A DNA stretch of 64,000 bases from an uncultured Bacteroidota bacterium (GTDB taxonomy: Bacteria; Bacteroidota; Ignavibacteria; UBA10030; UBA6906): the NCBI GenBank assembly GCA_963700635.1, contig CAVOYH010000004.1, positions 640,001 through 704,000 on the forward strand. Reading direction: 5' to 3'. This document shows positions 58,305 through 64,000 of this stretch, piece after piece. Made by a program: the position numbers and the translations under genes. A model generated the notes under the pieces. That model did no database searches and was not told where the DNA came from. It saw nothing but the letters and a program-made list of their open reading frames with translations. The stretch's first letter is position 1. Each line of letters opens with the position of its first letter.

Positions 58305-59480
58305 ATGCGCTCATTCTTGCTGATTGCCCTTGTGATAGTCCTGGCCGTCCCGGGTCGTTCTGAAACGGATCCGCTGGCGACACGTGTGCGCCACTCCCTG
58401 GCGTATGCACAACAACAGTACCTGCACACTCTCGCCGAACTCAAGGATACAATTGTCTATCCCCGGTCGTCACCATTGGCCGGCGGCTGGAAGCATGTGG
58501 AGGGGGATGATTGGACAAGCGGTTTTTTTCCGGGAACACTCTGGTACCTCGCAGAATGGTCCGGGGACAGCACCCTCAGGGCTGCTGCAATCCGTTTTAC
58601 GGACGGCCTTGAATCCCAGCAATACAACTCCGGGACTCACGACGTGGGATTTATGATGTACTGCAGCTACGGAAACGGATACCGGATATCCCCATCCCGG
58701 CACTACAAAGACGTGCTCCTGCAGTCGGCAAAAACACTGGCCGGGCGGTTCCGCCCCGAGGTGGGATGTATCAAGTCGTGGGACTGGAGCCCGGACTGGG
58801 GATTTCCCGTCATCGTAGACAATATGATGAACCTGGAGCTGCTCTTCTGGGCTTCGAAGAATGGAGGTGGAGACACCCTGCGGTCGCTGGCAATACGGCA
58901 CGCCGAGACGACACTGAAGCATCACTTCAGGCCTGACGGGGGGACATACCACGTGGTGGATTTTGACACGCTTTCGGGGAGAGTCATCCGCAAACAAACA
59001 CACCAGGGGTTTTCCGATGAATCCGTCTGGGCGCGGGGGCAAGCCTGGGCGCTGTACGGATTTACCATGACGTATCGCGAGACACGCGACAGGAGGTTTC
59101 TTGATGCAGCCGTGCGCGCGGCGGACTTTTTTCTGAGCCATCTCCCCCCCGATCATATTCCGTACTGGGACTTTAACGCACCGGACATCCCCCATGCCGC
59201 GAAAGATGCCTCCGCCGCTGCGATTGCAGCATCCGGCCTCCTGGAACTGGCCGGGTTTGTGACCGGACAGGCACAACGTGATGCGTATACGGAAGGGGCT
59301 GCGGCGATTCTTACATCCCTGACCGCCTCGCCATATCTGTCTGAAGGCTCCCCGTCTGAGGGAGTCCTCAATCACTGCACCGGAAATCACCCCGGCGGAC
59401 TTGAAATCGATGTTTCTCTCATCTATGCCGATTATTACGTAGTCGAGGCGATGCTCCGCTATCTTCATCGGCTTAACTGA
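58305..59480 (+). CDS. GH88 unsaturated glucuronyl hydrolase, secreted
   Basis: DWTSGFFPG, HDVGF, IVDNMMN, WARGQAW, DASA. Confidence 0.92.
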   Translation: MRSFLLIALVIVLAVPGRSETDPLATRVRHSLAYAQQQYLHTLAELKDTIVYPRSSPLAGGWKHVEGDDWTSGFFPGTLWYLAEWSGDSTLRAAAIRFTDGLESQQYNSGTHDVGFMMYCSYGNGYRISPSRHYKDVLLQSAKTLAGRFRPEVGCIKSWDWSPDWGFPVIVDNMMNLELLFWASKNGGGDTLRSLAIRHAETTLKHHFRPDGGTYHVVDFDTLSGRVIRKQTHQGFSDESVWARGQAWALYGFTMTYRETRDRRFLDAAVRAADFFLSHLPPDHIPYWDFNAPDIPHAAKDASAAAIAASGLLELAGFVTGQAQRDAYTEGAAAILTSLTASPYLSEGSPSEGVLNHCTGNHPGGLEIDVSLIYADYYVVEAMLRYLHRLN

Positions 59481-59490
59481 ACCGGACTCC

Positions 59491-60648
59491 ATGCGCATCC
59501 CAATCCTGCTTTGCGGTTTTTTTCTGGCATTCAGCCTGCCCTGCACCGGCCAGTCCGATCTTGTTGTCACCGTCGTCAATCCGGGTGATTTTTTAAGGCA
59601 GGAGGAGACCATTGTCGTGCCCTGGGCGAGTATTCTGGCGAAAGCGCCTGCGTTGGCGCCCGCAGCAGTCTCGGTCTGGGACACGGAGGGCGAGATCCCC
59701 TGCCAGGTTATTGATGCCGACGCTGACGGGGTACCGGAGGAGTTCCTGTTTCAATCAGGATTTGCCGCGCATGAACGGAAACACTTTACGATAAGAGCAC
59801 ATTCGCCCCGGACCGTCTTTCCCGCACGGGTGGATGCGCGCTTCGTCCTCCCGCGCGAAGACCTTGCCTGGGAGAACGACCGTATTGCGTTCCGCGTGTA
59901 CGGTCCGGCCCTGGCCGGAGAGGTCCTCAACGGAATCGACGTGTGGACCAAACGTGTCCGCTCACTCATCGTGCAGAAATGGTACGAAAAAAGCCAGGCC
60001 GCCGCGCCGGGGAGCGACACCTATCACGTTGATCATGGAGAAGGTGCGGACTTTTTCAGCGTGGGGAAGAGTCTTGGAGCAGGTGCAAGCGGACTCTGGA
60101 AGAATGGAACGCTCCACCAGCCCGGCGTGTTTTCGTCGTACCGTATCCTGGCAAACGGGCCGATCCGGGCGATGTTCCGCCTTGTCTATGACGGCGGCGA
60201 GATTGAGGGAGCGCCGTTTTCTCTGGAGCAGACCGTGAGTCTGGATGCCGGGCAGAATCTTAACCGGATTGATGTGGTGTATTCCGCTCCCATCGATACG
60301 CTTGTTGTCGCTGCCGGCCTCGTGAGCCGGAAGAATGTGCTCTGCACGTCGGATCCCGAGCGGGGGTGGATGGCGCTCTGGGGCCCGGTCAACGATGAAC
60401 CGGTGAATGAATTCCTCGGAACCGGCATCGTCATGCCGGCATCCATTCGGCGGACGCCCGTCGAACAGGAAAACCAGCATCTCCTTCTGGGATCATCGCG
60501 GAGCAATGAGCGGTTGACGTATTACGCGGGCGCGGGTTGGACACGGAGCGGGGATTTTAGAGATCGGAAGGAGTGGGAGGCAACGCTGGCCGGTTGGGCA
60601 CATCGCCTGAGTTACCCCTTGATCGTTACGGCAGGATCTGTCCGATAG
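59491..60648 (+). CDS. DUF4861 family protein
   Basis: DLAWENDRIAFRVYG, GIDVW.K, YHVDHGEG.D, GPIR. Confidence 0.85.
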   Translation: MRIPILLCGFFLAFSLPCTGQSDLVVTVVNPGDFLRQEETIVVPWASILAKAPALAPAAVSVWDTEGEIPCQVIDADADGVPEEFLFQSGFAAHERKHFTIRAHSPRTVFPARVDARFVLPREDLAWENDRIAFRVYGPALAGEVLNGIDVWTKRVRSLIVQKWYEKSQAAAPGSDTYHVDHGEGADFFSVGKSLGAGASGLWKNGTLHQPGVFSSYRILANGPIRAMFRLVYDGGEIEGAPFSLEQTVSLDAGQNLNRIDVVYSAPIDTLVVAAGLVSRKNVLCTSDPERGWMALWGPVNDEPVNEFLGTGIVMPASIRRTPVEQENQHLLLGSSRSNERLTYYAGAGWTRSGDFRDRKEWEATLAGWAHRLSYPLIVTAGSVR

Positions 60649-60768
60649 AACAGGATCCTTCCGTCATCGACTCCTGCTGTCCGCCGGTGTGGTTTATCTG
60701 TGCACACGCCGGACTGCAGGATTCATATCGTACAATGTTCCATTGACAATCGTAGAGGAGTGAGCCTT

Positions 60769-61602
60769 ATGGATATCCGATATTCAACCGATCCTGCTGC
60801 GTTCAGGACGATGACCTCCGCGCAGCTGCGGGAATCTTTTCTTCTGGAAATGCTTTTTGTCTCCGACGCCGTTCCCATGGTGTATTCGGACATTGATCGT
60901 TCGATAACCGGCTCTGCTGTCCCGGTTCAAAAGGAACTTCCGCTGCTCGCGAGCAAGAAGGAAATGGCTGCGGAACACTTTGCCGAGCGGCGCGAAATCG
61001 GAATTATTAATATTGGTAATCCGGGCACGATTACGGTCGACGGGAAGAGCATTCCCATGGTGCACCGGGATGGATTGTATGTTGGGCGGGGAACAAAAGA
61101 GATTCTCTTTTCCAGCAAGGACGCGGCGCATCCGGCACGGTTCTACTTCGTGAGTTATCCGGCACACAAGAGCCATCCCATCGCACACATCCGGTTCGGA
61201 GATGTGGAGCGGGTCCAGATAGGATCACAAAAAGATGCCAACCGGCGGACAATTTACAAATACATCCATCCCCGCGGGGCTGCCAGCTGCCAGCTGGTCA
61301 TGGGGCTGACGGAGCTCGAAGAGGGAAGTGTCTGGAACACGATGCCCCCGCATACACATCAGCGGCGCTCGGAGGTCTACATGTATTTCAACATGCTTTC
61401 CGAAGGAGTCGTGTTCCATATGATGGGGACTCCCGCAGAAACAAAACACATCGTCATGCGCAATGAGCAGGCTATTCTCTCTCCGAGCTGGTCCATCCAT
61501 GCAGGCGTCGCAACGCAGGCCTACTCCTTCATCTGGTCCATGGGCGGAGAGAACCAGGTGTTTGATGACATGGATGGTGTAAGTCTGGCGAATCTGGGAT
61601 AA
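60769..61602 (+). CDS. kduI: 5-dehydro-4-deoxy-D-glucuronate isomerase
   Basis: RREIGIIN, CQLVMG, WNTMPPHTH.RR.EVY, SPSWSIH, GGENQ. Confidence 0.96.
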   Translation: MDIRYSTDPAAFRTMTSAQLRESFLLEMLFVSDAVPMVYSDIDRSITGSAVPVQKELPLLASKKEMAAEHFAERREIGIINIGNPGTITVDGKSIPMVHRDGLYVGRGTKEILFSSKDAAHPARFYFVSYPAHKSHPIAHIRFGDVERVQIGSQKDANRRTIYKYIHPRGAASCQLVMGLTELEEGSVWNTMPPHTHQRRSEVYMYFNMLSEGVVFHMMGTPAETKHIVMRNEQAILSPSWSIHAGVATQAYSFIWSMGGENQVFDDMDGVSLANLG

Positions 61603-61697
61603 GATAAAGGCTCCTAACACTACGCCAGAGACGCGTATATTTTCGTAAGGGCAGGCAGGGGGAAGAAGAGTCACGAAAACGACATCAGGAGACAGGA

Positions 61698-62783
61698 ATG
61701 GCACTGCAGATAAAGACTTCGCAAGAAACGGAATATGATGTTCTCACGCTTGGTGAATGTATGGTGCGGTTGAGCCCCCCCGGACATCAGCGGATCGAGC
61801 TGACGCCCGTGCTGGAAGTGTACGCGGGTGGGGGCGAATACAATGTCTCCTATGCTCTGGCGCGGTACGGATTGCGGACAGGCTGGATATCCCGTCTTGT
61901 AGATAATCCCGTGGGGCATATCATCAAGAATCACGCCCGCGCCAGCGGCATGGACATCAGCGAGGTGATCTGGGTTCCGTATGATGGCGTGGGACGGGCG
62001 GATCGGGTCGGGATAAATTTTACGGAGGTGGGTATCGGCGTGCGGGCCAGCGTCACGCTGTATGATCGTGGCCATACGGCGGTTGCGCATATGAAGCGGG
62101 GGGACGTGGACTGGAAGCGCGTGTTCTCGAAGCGGGGAGCACGATGGTTCCATACCGGAGGGATCTTCACGGCGCTGAGCGACTCCTGCGCCGATGTTGC
62201 GATGGAAGCCATGCAAGCCGCCCATGATGCCGGAACCATCGTCAGTTACGATCTGAACTTCCGCAGCAAACTCTGGCCGAGCAAGAAGGCCATCGAGGTG
62301 ACAAAGAAGCTGGTACCGTACATCGACGTGCTGATCGGCAACGAAGAAGACTTCCAGAAAGTGCTGGGGTTCGACGTTGAAGGAACGGACGAACACCTCC
62401 AGAAACTCCCCGTCGAAGGATATAAGAAGATGGTAGAGCGTGTGGTGGCAACGTATCCGCATGTTCGTGCCGTGGGGACCACCCTGCGCGAGGTGGTGAG
62501 CGGACTTGTGAACAACTGGTCGGCGATTATGTATTATGACGGACAGTTCTACAGCTCGCGCCGGTACGAACATCTTGAGATCGAGGACCGGGTCGGTGGA
62601 GGAGACGGATTTTGCAGCGGATTTGTGTACGGACTCCTTCACGGAAAGAACGCCCAGGAGTGCGTGGATATGGGGGCGGCGCATGGCGCTCTCCTGCAGA
62701 GCACGCGCGGTGACACAAGCATGGTGACCATGGAGGAATTAACACACGTGATGGCCGGGGGCAGTGCACGTATCAAACGATAA
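61698..62783 (+). CDS. kdgK: 2-keto-3-deoxygluconate kinase (PfkB family)
   Basis: GGGEYNV, YDR, DLNFR, NEED, DRVGGGDGF. Confidence 0.9.
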   Translation: MALQIKTSQETEYDVLTLGECMVRLSPPGHQRIELTPVLEVYAGGGEYNVSYALARYGLRTGWISRLVDNPVGHIIKNHARASGMDISEVIWVPYDGVGRADRVGINFTEVGIGVRASVTLYDRGHTAVAHMKRGDVDWKRVFSKRGARWFHTGGIFTALSDSCADVAMEAMQAAHDAGTIVSYDLNFRSKLWPSKKAIEVTKKLVPYIDVLIGNEEDFQKVLGFDVEGTDEHLQKLPVEGYKKMVERVVATYPHVRAVGTTLREVVSGLVNNWSAIMYYDGQFYSSRRYEHLEIEDRVGGGDGFCSGFVYGLLHGKNAQECVDMGAAHGALLQSTRGDTSMVTMEELTHVMAGGSARIKR

Positions 62784-62846
62784 CAGCCTGATGTCTCCCC
62801 AGGATTATGTGACACTCATGGACAAACGAAAGCAGGTGGTCACGGG

Positions 62847-64000
62847 ATGAATTTTGGCACTGTGGATTGGATTATCGTCGTGTTGTACCTGGCTGCAAGT
62901 GTGAGTGTGGGGGTGTGGGCGCGGAAATATGTGGAAAACCTGGCAGGCTATATGGTCGCCGGCAGGCGGGTGAAGGTCTCGCTCGGCATTGCGACCTTCG
63001 TGGCAACGGAACTGGGCACCGTTACGTTTGTCTATTTCGGAGAGCTCGGCTATGTCTCAGGTTTTGCCTGCTTCCTCATCGGTATTGTCTCGCTTGTTGC
63101 CTACACATTTGTCGGCAAGACCGGTTTTTTGATATCGGGACTCCGCAAATACAACGTCATGACGATTCCCGAGTTCTACGAATTGCGGTATTCCCGCTCC
63201 GTCCGGCTGATCGGAGGAATTGTCCTGTTTCTCGGAGGCGTCCTGAACATGGGGATCTTCCTGAAGTTCGACGGGATTTTCCTCACGGAAGTGATGGGCT
63301 TCGGTCCGGAAGCGCTTGCCATCATTATGACGGTCATGCTCCTGGTTGTCGTGCTGTACACCATCCTCGGCGGAATGTTCTCCATTGTGATCACGGATTT
63401 TATGCAGTTTGTGGTTCTAACGTTCGGGATGTTTGTGGCGACGGTCGCGGTGTTATGGAATGTTGGTCTTGTGGAAATCTCCACGGCAGTTGAGCAGACG
63501 CTCGGACCGGCGGGGTTTGATCCGGTGGTCAATCCGCGGTTCGGCTGGACCTTCATCGTCTGGCTCCTGATAAGCAGCATCGGGGCGGGTGCTCTCTGGC
63601 AGCCGGGAACATCAAAGGCGCTTGCTTCAGAGAGTCCGGCCGTGGCGAAAAAGGTCTTCTTTTTCACCGGATTGACGTTTGCGGGGAGGGCCATGATTCC
63701 GATGTTCTGGGGGATTGCGGCCCTGGCGTATTTTGGTCCGGGTCAGGACTCCGCTGCAGCGATGCCGCGCCTGCTGGGTCTCGTTGTCCCCAGAGGGTTC
63801 CTGGGACTTCTGGTCGCCGGTATGCTCGCGGCTTCGATGTCCACCTACAGCGCATACCTGCTTGCATGGAGTTCTGTGTTCGCACGTGATATCCTGGCGT
63901 GCACGCGGAAGGTGGATTTTTCGGAGAGAGCAACCGTCCGCATTATCCGTATTACCGCAGGGGTGATCGGAATGTTTCTCCTGGTGTTTGGTCTCCTGTA
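62847..64000 (+). CDS. Sodium:solute symporter (3' end runs off the window)
   Basis: My translation MNFGTVDWIIVVLYL...YMVAGR...ATELG...TIPEFYELRY...YTILGGM.SIVITD; open to the window end. Confidence 0.88.
   Translation, partial: MNFGTVDWIIVVLYLAASVSVGVWARKYVENLAGYMVAGRRVKVSLGIATFVATELGTVTFVYFGELGYVSGFACFLIGIVSLVAYTFVGKTGFLISGLRKYNVMTIPEFYELRYSRSVRLIGGIVLFLGGVLNMGIFLKFDGIFLTEVMGFGPEALAIIMTVMLLVVVLYTILGGMFSIVITDFMQFVVLTFGMFVATVAVLWNVGLVEISTAVEQTLGPAGFDPVVNPRFGWTFIVWLLISSIGAGALWQPGTSKALASESPAVAKKVFFFTGLTFAGRAMIPMFWGIAALAYFGPGQDSAAAMPRLLGLVVPRGFLGLLVAGMLAASMSTYSAYLLAWSSVFARDILACTRKVDFSERATVRIIRITAGVIGMFLLVFGLL

Noticed and set aside
1-64000. CRISPR arrays, tRNA/rRNA, transposases, prophage, defence systems, Sec/Pyl recoding
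   Set aside because: None recognisable by eye; intergenic gaps are short and ORFs have no in-frame stops apart from the M64 frameshift. A covariance-model scan was not possible

Overview
GC-rich (roughly 58-60% by eye) bacterial chromosome segment, most consistent with an Ignavibacteria-like/FCB-group organism (T9SS-type QNYPNPFNP domain, fused alpha/beta E1, DUF2911/DUF3857/DUF4861, but E. coli-like sigma70 promoters); this taxonomy is inferred, not verified. In order it holds: a HybB/HybA-like (NrfD/NrfC) redox pair divergent from an NtrC-family regulator with a degenerate GAFTGA loop; a 2-oxoacid dehydrogenase/lipoate operon (lpdA, lipB, two E1 sets, one E2, lipA); rplM-rpsI-rpsB-tsf-pyrH-frr; a PspC/LiaF-like pair; polA; an MFS transporter; a transglutaminase-like lipoprotein; a NikR-led ECF transporter operon with an embedded SAM methyltransferase; assorted hydrolases; an LmbE-small protein-SSS triad; a receiver/YbhB/dikinase-like cluster; PPi-type PFK; and a large uronate/deoxysugar catabolic region (heparinase II/III-like protein, two URO-D-family proteins, HAD, mutarotase, GH141-like beta-helix, Tex, an internally deleted kdgF, kduD, eda, GH88, DUF4861, kduI, kdgK, SSS). 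I saw no CRISPR array, tRNA, rRNA or mobile element. Best candidates for undescribed biology: the NikR-ECF-methyltransferase operon, the URO-D-family/glycan operon (possible O-methyl-sugar processing) and the receiver-fused dikinase-like protein.
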